Origin: Macrostomum lignano
Taxonomy: Eukaryota
Reading direction: 5' to 3'
Assembly (NCBI GenBank): GCA_002269645.1
Contig: NIVC01001995.1
Span: 1 to 64,000, forward strand
DNA length: 64,000 bases
Part shown: positions 50,254 through 63,057 of the stretch, one piece after another
Layout: each line of letters starts with the position of its first letter
How positions within the stretch are numbered: position 1 is the first letter of the stretch
Program-made: the position numbers and the translations under genes
Notes under the pieces: generated by a model
The model's database searches: none
What the model was told of the DNA's origin: nothing
Seen by the model: only the letters and a program-made list of their open reading frames with translations

Positions 50254-53200
50254 TTACGCCGATCCTGCAGGCACGATGTGCGCGTGCTCGCCCTCCAGAC
50301 TGCTATCGTCGCCGTCCCCAGTCAGCAGGCCGACGTGGCTTTGATCTTCGCCGAATCGAGAATGCGCCAGCGCTGCTGGGCCGCCGTTGGACCGACGGAC
50401 AATTCCGCCGCCTCCGGCAGCCTCGTCGGTGCGGTGCACAGGAACATTCAAATTCGACAGGCTAATATCGTGCTCTTTAAACGCATTCAACAAGAATATG
50501 CCGGATATTATAGTTGAAAATCCGACCAGATTTCCCAGCACGTCTTCGGGCTTCATGTTGAACCACTCCTTGTACAGTATGGAGGAGGCGATGATGACAA
50601 AGGTGGTGAAGAACACGTACAGGATAGGCGACACCACGCTGGTGTTGAATATGTCCAGTGCTTTGTTGAGATAGTTCATCTGCACCGTGACAAAGAACGA
50701 TACGGATGCTATTAACAACCAAGTCACCGGCAGGACGAATACATTGTCGCCGGCGAATGTCTGCTTGATGGCAACCCCGGTGCCTTTGCAGCCCATGACG
50801 GACAGGGAGCCCAGGGAGCCGGATATGGTGATGTACACCAGCGGGTTGGTTCTGCCGTAGCGGGGTGCGAAATAGAATATGAGCACCGCGGATGCCGCCA
50901 GCACGATTGCCACGTAGGATATGAAGCCTGCGGGATTGGGGGATTTTCTCAGTGTTGGATTATCTGGGGGAGATTTTCTCAGTGTTAGATTATCTGGCGA
51001 GGGCGATTTTTTCTGTGTTAGATTATCTGGGGAGATTTTCTCAGTGTTAGATTATCTGGGGGAGATTTTCTCAGTGTTAGATTATCTGGCGAGGGCGATT
51101 TTTTCTGTGTTAGATTATCTGGCGAGGGCGATTTTCTCAGTGCTAGATTATCTGGCGAGGGCGATTTTCTCTGTGTTAGATTATCTGGCGAGGGCGATTT
51201 TCTCAGTGTTGGATTATCTGGGGCGATTTTCTCAGTGTTAGATTATCTGGGGGAGATTTTCTCAGTGTTAGATTATCTGGGGGAGATTTTCTCAGTGTTA
51301 GATTATCTGGCGAGGGCGATTTTCTCAGTGTTGGATTATCTGGGGAGGGCGGTTTTCTCATTGGTAGATTATCTGGGGAGGGCGGTTTTCTCATTGCTAG
51401 ATTATCTGGGGAGGGCGGTTTTCTCATTGCTAGATTATCTGGGGAGGGCGATTTTCTCTGTGTTAGATTATCTGGCGAGGGCGATTTTCTCAGTGTTGGA
51501 TTATCTGGGGCGATTTTCTCAGTGTTAGATTATCTGGGGGAGATTTTCTCAGTGTTAGATTATCTGGGGGAGATTTTCTCAGTGTTAGATTATCTGGCGA
51601 GGGCGATTTTCTCAGTGTTGGATTATCTGGGGAGGGTGGTTTTCTCATTGCTAGATTATCTGAGGAGGACCAGGGCGATTATCTTACGGATGGAGACTAT
51701 CTGGGAGAGATAGTCTCAGGGTTGAGTTTATCTGAATCTGAGGCAAGTCTGAGGCAGTCTACAGGTGGATCTCATCAGGTTAACTCTGTCAAGGCGCGAT
51801 TCTGTTTTGGGACAATGACTAGCTGGGAGCGGTAATCTGACAGGGACACACAGAAAGAGTAGCATTAAACTCACCAAAATCTTTAAGCTTGAGAACCAAC
51901 TCTTGCATTGTAGTGACCTCCTGCTCTTTGGGCGCGTGAATGACAATCATAGTGGAGCCGAGCAGACACACAAGGCAGCCAATTTTGCCCAACAGATTTA
52001 AGCGTTCGTTTAAAAACTTTGAGGCCAGCATAGCGCTAACCAGGACGCTCAGAGCGCCCAGTGGCGTCACCAGCGAGGCGGGCGCGAACGCGTAAGCCGC
52101 GAAGTTGGCGCCTTCGCCTGCTGCCATCATGAGGAAGCCGGACCACCAGACCACATCTCTCAGGTAGCCGTAGCCGCCCTCGCCTGGCATTGAGGCGAAT
52201 AGGAACCCCTATTTAGTGAAACTGTCAGGGCTGGGAATCCCTATTTAGTGAAACTGTCAGGGCTGGGAATCCCTATTTAGTGAAACTGTCAGGGCTGGGA
52301 ATCCCTATTTAGTGAAACTGTCAGGGCTGGGAATCCCTATTTAGTGAAACTGTCAGGGCTGGGAATCCCTATTTAGTGAAACTGTCAGGGCTGGGAATCC
52401 CTGTTTAGAGAAACTGTCAGGGCTGGGAATCCCTATTTAGTGAAACTGTCAGGGCTGGGAATCCCTATTTAGTGAAACTGTCAGGGCTGGGAATCCCTAT
52501 TCAGTGAAACTGTCAGGGCTGGGAATCCCTATTCAGTGAAACTGTCAGGACTGGGAATCCGCATTTAGTGAAACTGTCAGGGCTTGGAATCCCTATTTAG
52601 TGAAACTGGGAATCCCTGTTTAGAGAAACTGTCAGGGCTGGGAATCCCTATTTAGTGAAACTGTCAGGGCTTGGAATCCCTATTTAGAGAAACTGGGAAT
52701 CCCTATTTACTGAAACTGGGAATCCCTATTTAGTAGAACTGGGAATCCCTATTTAGTGAAACTGGGAATCCCTATTTAGTGGATCTGGGAATCCCTACAT
52801 GTATTTAGAGAAACTGGGAATCCATATTTAGTGAAACTGGGAATTCCCTATTTAGTGAAACTGGGAATCCCTATTTAGTGAAACTGGGAATTCCCTATTT
52901 AGTGAAACTGGGAATCCCTATTTAGTGAAACTAGGAATTCATATTTAGTGAAACTGGGAATTCATATTTAGTGAAACTGGGAATCCCTATTTAGTGAAAC
53001 TGGGAATTCATATTTAGTGAAACTGGGAATCCCTATTTAGTGAAACTGGGAATCCCTATTTAGTGAAACTAGGAATTCATATTTAGTGAAACTGGGAATT
53101 CATATTTAGTGAAACTGGGAATCCCTATTTAGTGAAACTAGGAATTCATATTTAGTGAAACTGGGAATTCATATTTAGTGAAACTGGGAATCCCTATTTA

Positions 53201-55124
53201 GTGAAACTGGGAATTCATATTTAGTGAAACTGGGAATCCCTATTTAGTGAAACTGGGAATCCCTATTTAGTGGATCTGGGAATCCCTACATGTATTTAGA
53301 GAAACTGGGAATCCATATTTAGTGAAACTGGGAATTCCCTATTTAGTGAAACTGGGAATCCCTATTTAGTGAAACTGGGAATTCCCTATTTAGTGAAACT
53401 GGGAATCCCTATTTAGTGAAACTGGGAATTCATATTTAGTGAAACTGGGAATCCCTATTTAGTGAAACTGGGAATCCCTATTTAGTGAAACTGGGAATCC
53501 CTATTTAGTGAAACTGGGAATCCCTATTTAGTGGATCTGGGAATCCCTACATGTATTTAGAGAAACTGGGAATCCATATTTAGTGAAACTGGGAATTCCC
53601 TATTTAGTGAAACTGGGAATCCCTATTTAGTGAAACTGGGAATTCCCTATTTAGTGAAACTGGGAATCCCTATTTAGTGAAACTGGGAATTCATATTTAG
53701 TGAAACTGGGAATCCCTATTTAGTGAAACTGGGAATTCTCTATTTAGTGAAACTGGGAATTCCCTATTTAGTGAAACTGGGAATTCCTATTTAGTGAAAC
53801 TGGGAATTCCCTATTTAGTGAAACTGGGAATTCCCTATTTAGTGAAACTGGGAAATCCTATTTAGTGAAACTAGGAATTCCTATTTAGTGAAACTGGGAA
53901 TTCCTATTTAGTGAAACTGGGAATCCCTATTTAGTGAAACTAGGAATTCATATTTAGTGAAACTGGGAAATCCTATTAAGTGAAACTGGGAATCCCTATT
54001 TAGTGAAACTGGGAATCCCTATTTAGTGAAACTAGGAATTCATATTTAGTGAAACTGGGAATCCCTATTTAGTGAAACTGGGAATTCCCTATTTAGTGAA
54101 ACTGGGAATCCCTATTTAGTGAAACTGGGAATTCATATTTAGTGAAACTGGGAATCCCTATTTAGTGAAACTGGGAATTCTCTATTTAGTGAAACTGGGA
54201 ATTCCCTATTTAGTGAAACTGGGAATTCCTATTTAGTGAAACTGGGAATTCCCTATTTAGTGAAACTGGGAATTCCCTATTTAGTGAAACTGGGAAATCC
54301 TATTTAGTGAAACTAGGAATTCCTATTTAGTGAAACTGGGAATTCCTATTTAGTGAAACTGGGAATCCCTATTTAGTGAAACTAGGAATTCATATTTAGT
54401 GAAACTGGGAATTCCTATTTAGTGAAACTGGGAATCCCTATTTAGTGAAACTAGGAATTCATATTTAGTGAAACTGGGAATTCCTATTTAGTGAAACTGG
54501 GAATCCCTATTTAGTGAAACTGGGAATCCCTATTTAGTGAAACTGGGAATTCCTATTTAGTGAAACTGGGAATCCCTATTTAGTGAAACTGGGAATCCCT
54601 ATTTAGTGAAACTGGGAATCCCTATTTAGTGAAACTGGGAATCCCTATTTAGTGAAACTGGGAATCCCTATTTAGTGAAACTAGGAATCCCTATTTAGTG
54701 GAACTGGGAATTCCCTATTTAGTGAAACTGGGAATCCCTATTTAGTGAAACTGGGAATCCCTATTTAGTGAAACTGGGAATCCCTATTTAGAGAAACTGG
54801 GAATCCCTATTTAGTGAAACTGGGAATCCCTATTTAGCGGAACTGGGAATTCCCTATTTATCGGAACTGGGAATCCCTATTTAGTAGAGCTGTCAATTAA
54901 TCGACTCAAGACTAGGATTAGGAAGACAACTCTTCCGCCTAAACAAGACCATAAAATGAGTAAAATAAAACAAGGCACAAACCAGCCCGGATGCCCCGAT
55001 TGGACAATCTGATGAGCGCTTTCTTCTTCAGAATAAAGCTGGTACCAATGAATAAACTGGAGCTCATAGCCAGAAACAGGCCAATATAGAAGTCGAACCT
55101 GCCGTTGCTTGCCGAACTAACCAT
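50254..55124 (-). CDS. NIPA2: NIPA-family magnesium transporter (NIPA2-like), 374 aa; exons 55124-54983, 52183-51875, 50927-50254
   Basis: [64 protein letters not shown] and [20 protein letters not shown]. Both introns are phase 1 GT-AG; total 1125 nt. The reading frame is open for 19 more codons upstream, to the acceptor at 55182. Confidence 0.9.
50935..51665. repeat. 30/33-nt minisatellite GATTATCTGG(GGGA|CGAGGGC)GATTTTCTCAGTGTTA in NIPA2 intron 2
   Basis: About 23 copies; unit lengths divisible by 3 create spurious ORFs. Confidence 0.93.
52205..54895. repeat. 32-nt and derived 22-24-nt minisatellite GGGAATCCCTATTTAGTGAAACT(GTCAGGGCT) filling NIPA2 intron 1
   Basis: More than 100 copies over 2.7 kb. 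Confidence 0.97.
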
Positions 55125-57370
55125 GCTGGCATTGGTTGAGTTGTCTAGCGAGCTGGAGTCCCAGTCATCAGAGTAAGCCAACTAAAACATTCATTCCACA
55201 GTGTGAGCGGCTATATGACTCGATCAATGCACTTTTATAAAACTGCTTTATGCACCCAAACCTCAAACACCATTTTCACCATAATTTCCCGGTTCTAAGG
55301 CTGATTTCAAGTTTAGAAGTTTTAGTTAACTAATATGGATCTGACAATGCAGTACTAAACTACAATTTGAAAAATTCTTGCTTAGAAAAATTGTTTATAC
55401 TGACTAAAACAAAAGTTGATAGGCTAGAAAGTTACTATTGTATGAGTGGAAATTTAATTTTTCTAACTGTCCAAGTTCAACTAAGTCATTATTTACCTCA
55501 ATCTTCATGCAGTAGAGAAGCACACTGGTGGATTTCATGTTTTAGTAAAGTAAAAAAAGAGTTAGTACACAGTTAGGGATTGAACCTGGCTTCAAAATTA
55601 GGTTTTCTAAAACTATAAGAATATGTATAGTAAGTGATCAAGAATATCTATAATATATAGCTGAAGTACCAGAAACCTTAGGGAATAGTTGACTGGCCAA
55701 TTGAATATGATAGACAGTGAGTGATTAGTACGCAAAAAATAGCCACCATGGATACCAAGCTTTCAGTACATAATATTTCATAAGCCACATTCAATTAAGC
55801 CATGTCTATAGCAGTTCAGCCATAAATGTAAACTTTATTCAATTTTTAAAAGCAGACAAATGGCTTGAAGCAGCATTCAAATGATTTTTTTAATTTAACA
55901 AATGAAATTAAAATGCAAGCAAATATCTATAACAGTATTAATAAGTACTTGAAAACAAATTGTCAAAGATGTTTTTGGATATTTTAGCAAGGTTTTTATT
56001 ATAGAAGTTAAAGTCAATTTAACCTAGTATAATATTGATTATATATTTGCAATTACTATAAGGATTGTAAAAAAGCTTACTAAATGTTTGTTTATCAGAG
56101 ATTCAGAACCAAAAGTTTAATATTGAAGAAATAATAAACCCAATGAGATCTTACTAAAGGGCTTTTATAATAGTCTAAGAGGAAAGCAGTCCTTGATCAA
56201 ATTGAGTTCAAGTAATTGTTTGACAATAAAAGTTTTTTGTTTTTTGTTTTTAACATAAAAATAAAAAGCTGGTTAAAGAGAAATTTCTCATGAGTAGTCA
56301 AGTAGACAACAAGCCATTTTTATTATACTGGCTACACAACAAAAATATATTGATTCAATGACCAAATTGTCAATTATGGCAATAAAAAAAGCTCTTTAAA
56401 TATAGAATTGGTATGTTTTTCACCCATTTTTATTTTGTTATACAAAAAAGATTTCATGAAACTTTACCTATTTAATCAAAGCATGGGTTTAAAATCATTA
56501 TACTTACTAATAGTTCAAGGAGCCACCTGTAACAAAGAATGGATATACATGATAGGTGCATTTAAAATAAAAAAATGCCTAATAAAAATATAAATAAACT
56601 TCATTTATTTGTTACTACTTTTGAAAATACAATAGAAAAATTGTTATTAACTATATTTTAAATACTTGCTATCACAGCATAAATATTATAATATTTTAGT
56701 AATAGTTTTAGCATATTCACTTTATTTATTATTGACTCATTTTACCCCTAATATATAAATACTAAGCATATAATAATAGATTAGAATACTTTTCTGCAAA
56801 TAAGACCTGGCACTAATAATTGAACCTAGGATTGAAATCAAAGCCTGTTTTATATAATAACCATTACTTCAGGATGGAATTCTTGCACGAAAATTGCAAC
56901 GCGTTTTTGCATTCAGGAAAAAAATTGCGAAAAATTGCGCAACACAAAAAGAAATTGCGCACCTATACAGGCTGCAAAAAATGCGACAAAAATTGCGAAT
57001 TATTTTGCGACTGTTTGCACAGTTTAAATTACCGACTTTACAGTAATAAATGTAGAATTACTACAAAAATGTAACATTTTATTGTTTGTTATTTACAAAC
57101 TGTTCAAATTTAAAAATTTTAACTCAAAAAAACAAAGATAATCAGTCTTCTATTTATTGTAATGAGTCATATGAAAATGGGAGTATGAGACTATTGCAAA
57201 ACATTATTTTGACAATTGGTAATGCCAAAAATTGCACCACTAAATTTTGTTTAAGATTGTAAAAATTGCATTTGGTTCAATATGGAATTGCGCGCCGAAA
57301 AAAAGTTGCAATTTTCCATTTTATATGCCAGATGCAAAAAAATGAATCCAAAAATCAACATTGTGTGAGT

Positions 57371-57408
57371 AACGATGCGTTTCGCACTCCTAGGTGCATC
57401 TTCAGGTT
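57371..57408 (-). ncRNA. Minimal hammerhead ribozyme motif, left arm of palindrome (one core-stem mismatch)
   Basis: AAC-CUGAAGA-U-GCAC-CUAGGA-GUGC-GAAA-CGCA-UC-GUU; stem I AAC/GUU, stem II GCAC/GUGC. Confidence 0.6.
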
Positions 57409-57590
57409 TATTTTTTTCAACAACGAAATTAAACAGGTTTTGCGAATAAATATGTATGTGGAGTTGGTTATAGGTAAACAAGAAAAATTATTGAACAAAT
57501 TATTGAAAAAAATTTTCTTGTTTACCTATAACCAACTCCACATACATATTTATTCGCAAAACCTGTTTAATTTCGTTGTCGAAAAAAATA

Positions 57591-57628
57591 AACCTGAAGA
57601 TGCACCTAGGAGTGCGAAACACATCATT
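57591..57628 (+). ncRNA. Minimal hammerhead ribozyme motif, right arm of palindrome (degenerate)
   Basis: AAC-CUGAAGA-U-GCAC-CUAGGA-GUGC-GAAA-CACA-UC-AUU; differs from the left copy by CpG-type transitions. Confidence 0.55.
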
Positions 57629-60074
57629 ACTCACACAATATTGATTTTCGGATTCATTTTCCTTTTACTAGCCAAGCGAGCTACACTACCAGATGCAAGA
57701 ATTCCATGCTGGCCATTACTTCATTTTTTTACATTTTTACATTTTCGATAGAATCTTTTTTATCTATCTAATTAACAAATGTCTCTTTAAGCATATTAAA
57801 TACTAATATTATTAGTAAAATATATTAATAAATTAAAATTGGGTCTAATGCGTAATGCAATTTAAAACCTATTTTCTAAAAGATAATACTAGTATACTGA
57901 GCCCTTTATTTAGGCATTCAGATTTGAAATTCAAACAGAATACCTATTGAAACATTAAAAAAACATTGTCTTTGATTTGATACTTGAACTATTTCTAAAT
58001 TCTAAAATTGATTTTTTATCAAATAAGTTGACTAGTGAAAAATAATATTGTAAATTATTTTCCAAAAACTCCTATCATTTGAAATTGACTAAGACAGTTT
58101 AGTAGATAGTAGAGCTAATAAGCTATAACCTATTAACTTTAAATCGAAAAAAATACCAAATAGATGGCTGAGCATCTTTTAAACTGCAACTATTCAAATA
58201 AGAATATATCAATTGATAAAATTCATTATTCAGAATCAATTCTAAATATGAAGCTTTGATATATCACTACTAATATAATAATATTCAGTTTAGACCATAA
58301 ACTATTTTGTCTGTTTAATTCTTGCTAAATAGGCCTACTTCATAAGAATATTACTATGACTATGAATCATAGTCAGGAAGGTCAGGCGTGGTGACATAGT
58401 GTGCACCAAAAAGAATAGAATACCAAAAAATTTTGTTTGCACTATGCACCAAAATCCAAGGCATTTTGCACCACTATGAATGGCTATAGTAGATATCATG
58501 CGGCTAGGCTTTAATGTAACTTGACTAATGCAATGGTTACTTACCATATACTGAATATGGAAATGTGACGCTTATATGCAAATAGAGTTGGCTACTACTA
58601 CTGCTAATAGTCACTTTATTAATTTTATTTCTTTAGCTGTACTCCTTACAGATTTTACTTTTCATTTGGTCTGCTCAATTCAATAGAAAAGTTGCGTTGT
58701 AAAAAGTTGTTTAACAACTGCTCATCGATCGTTCTTCAAGTAATTTGCAACAAAAAAGCAAATTAAATATACGCTCTACACAACGGGGCGATAAATCATT
58801 TTTCTTTAAAACGTCTTTCGGATTGTTTAAAAACTAAAATTGAACAGGTTCAGCTTGTTTAAGAGCTTTATACCTTCCAAACGCATGCAAGGTGATGTTT
58901 CCCACTTTGTTAAAATTGTATGAGCTTTTAGCTCCACAATGGACGATCAGGTTATTTAGGCCTGTATTATAGCGAATGTGCTACGGTAAAAAAGAGATTG
59001 CTTCCTTTGGTCCCGTCTACTTCGTCTTTGTTAAATAAACTTAAATAGCGTAAAAAGCCTGTAGGCCTTTAAGGCTCAACTGCCTTCTTGACACGATGCG
59101 CTTGCGTACATCAAGGACCATGCTAGAAGAATAAATTTTCCAAGAAACGAATGCCCCGTCCTTCTTCTTCTAGTGGTCCATGTTGTACATTGTACATGCG
59201 TAGCATACACGTACATATGTCTCAAGAGAATCGAATTAAGTGGCATCATACATGTAACCTGTCACGTAATTTTAGTAGTCTTTACTTTACAAAGTATACC
59301 TATCTATACTTGCCCATTCTACTATGTATGCATATATAATATCTGCATATGTAACGCATTTACATGCAATTTGGATGCATGCATGTACATGTAAGACGTA
59401 CAGTGGAATGTACGTAGCTACATGCACACGTGTACACAATGAGCATTCATCCATACGTGTATATTATACTTAGTTTAGTTTTTAAACTGGGTCGAAATTT
59501 CATTAAGTTCGCAGAATTTTTTGCTTCATTTTCTTCATTCGAATTCAGACGAAAAGGAAAATTGCTTTGGAAAATATAGAGCATATAGAGCATACACTGT
59601 ATGCTCAATGTGCATGCAGCCATATACGGCGATCTGTGTAGCATATAGTAATCGTACTGCATTAGTTATTTCTAATGGCATGTGGCTATGTGAGAACACC
59701 ACGCACTATTTCCACTGCCTTACAAATATACTCGTTTTTGAAGTACTGTATACATTTATGTGGAATTATGAAATGAATGACCGAGTAGCTGGAGGAGCCG
59801 CGCGTGACAGTTTAAAAAAAAACTCAGTGCAAGTTGCAACGTGGTTATCCTCAAGGAAGAGTATATATATAAGCATCGATGCAGGATTAATAATTAATAA
59901 TATTTAGAGACGATGAGAGATTGATATCGTAATGAAAAAGAAAATAAATTTAACTCTTATGCAGTTAAACAGATTTTGTCGCTCGCGCCTGCATTGAATG
60001 AATTGACATGCATAGACTTTCTCAAACTGTAAGCTCTATATCGCACCCACCTCACTCCCTGAATTTTGCGCCCA

Positions 60075-60525
60075 CTCCACTTCACTCCTTCAAGCTCGCA
60101 CCCATGCACCTCCCTCCCTTTCTCGTACTCACCTCACCCCCTCAATCTCGCACCCACCTCACCCCCTCAATCTCGCACCCACCTCACCCCCTCAATCTCG
60201 CACCCACCTCACCCCCTCAATCTCGCACCCACCTCACTCCCTCAATTTTGCACCAACCTCACCCCCTCAATCTTGCACCCACCTCACTCCCTTTATCTCG
60301 CACCCACCTCACTCTCTCAATTTTGCACCCACCTCATCCCCTCAATCTCGCACCCACCTCACTCCCTTTATCTTGCACCCACCTAGCTCACTCTTTCAAT
60401 TTTGCACCCACCTCACTCCTTCAAGCTCGCACCCACCTCACCCCCTCAATCTCGCACCCACCTCACTCCCTTCATCTTGCACCCACCTCACTCCCTCAAT
60501 TTTGCACCCACCTTACTCCATTTAT
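60075..60525. repeat. 25-nt minisatellite CTCAATCTCGCACCCACCTCACCCC
   Basis: About 18 copies. Confidence 0.9.
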
Positions 60526-61729
60526 TCCGCACCAATCAAGTGAGGCAACAGTAAAGGTATTTACAACCCATGTAGCGGTTGGTACCAGAGCGACAGGTAC
60601 ATCGATAACGATTTAACAATTAACTCTCATGATATCTACAATGCAAGCTCGAGCAGCTAGAACTGAAACAACAATGGATTGGCGCTGATAATAAAAAATG
60701 AAAATATTTGTCAATAAAAGTATAAGCAAATAATCGAGTTATGCCATTGTAACTATGAAAATGGAAAATCTGAGACCTAATGGCGAGTGTACGTTGGCGG
60801 GGCGAGCCACGCCATGAGCCAAGGAAATACTGTATACTGAAGGGCAAATTAACAAGAGAATTTGGTTCACACGGAGCTGAGAACTCAGTAGATTAGCAAT
60901 AACTAATGCAGGAGGGATGGCTACAATTGAAGAATGAAATTTCAAGGGCTGACAAAAATATTAAAGCAAAAATTGAATGATTTGAGTAGCTGCTGGAGGC
61001 GTCGGTCCGTGGTATGCAATTACTCGTATTTAAGTATGAAAGGAGAACCAAAGGAAACAAAACGATGGTGCGCCGTTTTCTAAGGAAAAATAATCATAAT
61101 AATGATTTGGAAATAACATATGCATATTAACTATTGACAGCTGGGTAAATTTTATGAGCCAAATCCACAGTAAGCAGTGCAATTACAATGCAATTATAAA
61201 CAGTTACTTAGGGGTGAGGTTTTAATACAGAAATGTCACTTAAATTACAAATTGGGAACTGTAGACTGTGAACTGACTGCCGAGCAAAGTTCATTTTAGC
61301 GTCATTTAACATGAAGATTGCAGACATAAACAGATTTTTTTTCTAACCTCGATTCAATACTTAACAGCTAATTTTAACAAAACCAAACCGTTGATTGATT
61401 GTGTTAAAATCATTGAATTAACTTTACTGATTCTTTTGTGCTTTAAAAAACAGCACCTTTTCCAATGCTAATGAGATGTGCACGAATAAAGAAGCTGTTT
61501 TTTCATAACTTTCTACTTGTTTTCCAAAAATACAGCTCATTATTTTTTCAGCAGACTTCCATTTCTTCGTCAGGAGAAGTTCCTAATAAAAACTCTGTAG
61601 CTGTTTGAATTCCTTGCAATTTTTGGCGCCAATTTGAACTCGTTGATTTTAAATTAGGGAGCAAAAATTCGGTGGTATAAAATTATTCAGATCTGTCAAT
61701 CGATGCCCCAATTGAGCGGATTCAGCGGG

Positions 61730-63032
61730 CTACCGAGGCGGCAGGGAGGCGGCCACGGACACGGTGTCGACAGACGAAGCGTTTGACGACCGTCTCTGGT
61801 GGTTGTGCGCCAAGGAAGATGTGGGATAGAGCTTGTACCAGCCAATCACAATGTTGGACAGGTCAAGGTCATCTAGCAGGATCTGGCACACGCCCATGAA
61901 TGCTTTGCGATCGATGCGGCCGCAGTCGCCCCAGACTGTTACCTGGGAGTAGTGGCGGCGGGTGTGGGTGAATGCGAGTTGGGTGTTGAGTGAATGAGCG
62001 GTGGATATGAGTGAATGAACAGTATGCGTGAGTGAATGAACAGTATGTGTGAGTGAATGATCAGTGGATATGAGTGAATAAACTGATTGTGAGTGAATGA
62101 TCGGTGATCAAATCCAAGGCTCACCTGCAGAATCTTGCCCCGGAACTCCTCCAAGAAGATGAGCTGCTGCTGGTACAGCGGGTCCAGAGTCCTCCTAGTC
62201 ACTGTGGTCTTCTGCTTCTCGACACAGTTGCGACCCTCGAGCAGGTAGACTTTCACGTAGGGCGCCGGCAGGAGCTTGGCGCCCTTCTTGGCGTAGAGAC
62301 CTCGCGCTCGGATGACCTCCACCTCCAGGTGGCCTTTCCTGTTGTACAAACTCAGCTGGATCTCGCCAAGGCAGGGCGCGCCCAGCACCTGCCTGCCCAC
62401 CAGCTGGCCGGGGCCCAGGCCGTCCACGAATTCCGTCAGGGCAGCCCTGCGGATTCAGGGCGGGTTCACTGGGTGCGGATTGGCGGGTTCACTGGGTGCA
62501 GATTGGCGGGTTCACTGGGTGCAGATTGGCGGGTTCACTGGGTGCGGATTGGCGGGTTCACTGGGTGCGGATTGGCGGGATCACTGGGTGCGGATTGGCG
62601 GGTTCACTGGGTGCGGATTGGCGGGATCACTGGGTGCGGATTGGCGGGTTCACTGGGTGCGGATTGGCGGGTTTACTGGGTGCGGATTGGCGGGTTCACT
62701 GGGTGCGGATTGGCGGGTTCACTGGGTGCGGATTGGCGGGTTCACTGGGTGCGGATTGGCGGGTTCACTGGGTGCGGATTGGCGGGTTCACTGGGTGCGG
62801 ATTGGCGGGATCACTGGGTGCGGACTTGCTCCAGCCACTCACGGGTCCAAGCTGGTGAAGCTGCCCTCCCGCGAGCCACCGCCGAGCGACCGGCCGGACC
62901 TGCTGACCCCCGAGGCCATGGGGTCGGGACCGACGGCGCCGTAACTGCCGACATCGCCTGCCGGGCCGCCGGCGGCCACCATGTGCATCGGCAGCACCTC
63001 CTCGGAGCGGATGGAAGTCTTGTGCCTGCGTT
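61730..63032 (-). CDS. RIMS: 3' end of RIM/unc-10 (Rab3-interacting molecule), C2B domain; exons 63032-62843, 62446-62125, 61942-61730; gene continues beyond the window
   Basis: FVDGLGPGQLVGRQVLG, LEVEVIRARGL...LPAPYVKVYLL, TLDPLYQQQL, VWGDCGRIDRKAFMGVCQILLDDLDLSNIVIGWYKL. Phases 2 and 0 are consistent; TAG at 61732-61730. Confidence 0.9.
62450..62825. repeat. 23-nt minisatellite GCGGATTGGCGGGTTCACTGGGT filling a RIMS intron
   Basis: About 16 copies occupying nearly the whole 396-bp intron. Confidence 0.95.
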
Positions 63033-63057
63033 CTGAAGATTTGAAACGTGGAGTTAG

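Larger units (their letters stand above)
57339..57660. repeat. Long inverted repeat: ~150-bp arms (57339-57489, 57511-57660), ~21-bp spacer; probable Penelope-like element remnant
   Basis: Arms are reverse complements with five substitutions and one A-run indel; each arm carries a hammerhead motif. Confidence 0.9.

Noticed and set aside
58338-58358. Perfect 9-bp hairpin TGACTATGA-A-TCATAGTCA
   Set aside because: Short and isolated, with no associated feature; plausible by chance in AT-rich DNA.
63033-63050. CTGAAGA-TTT-GAAAC hammerhead-like words
   Set aside because: No stem II can form; it is the complement of the RIMS splice acceptor.
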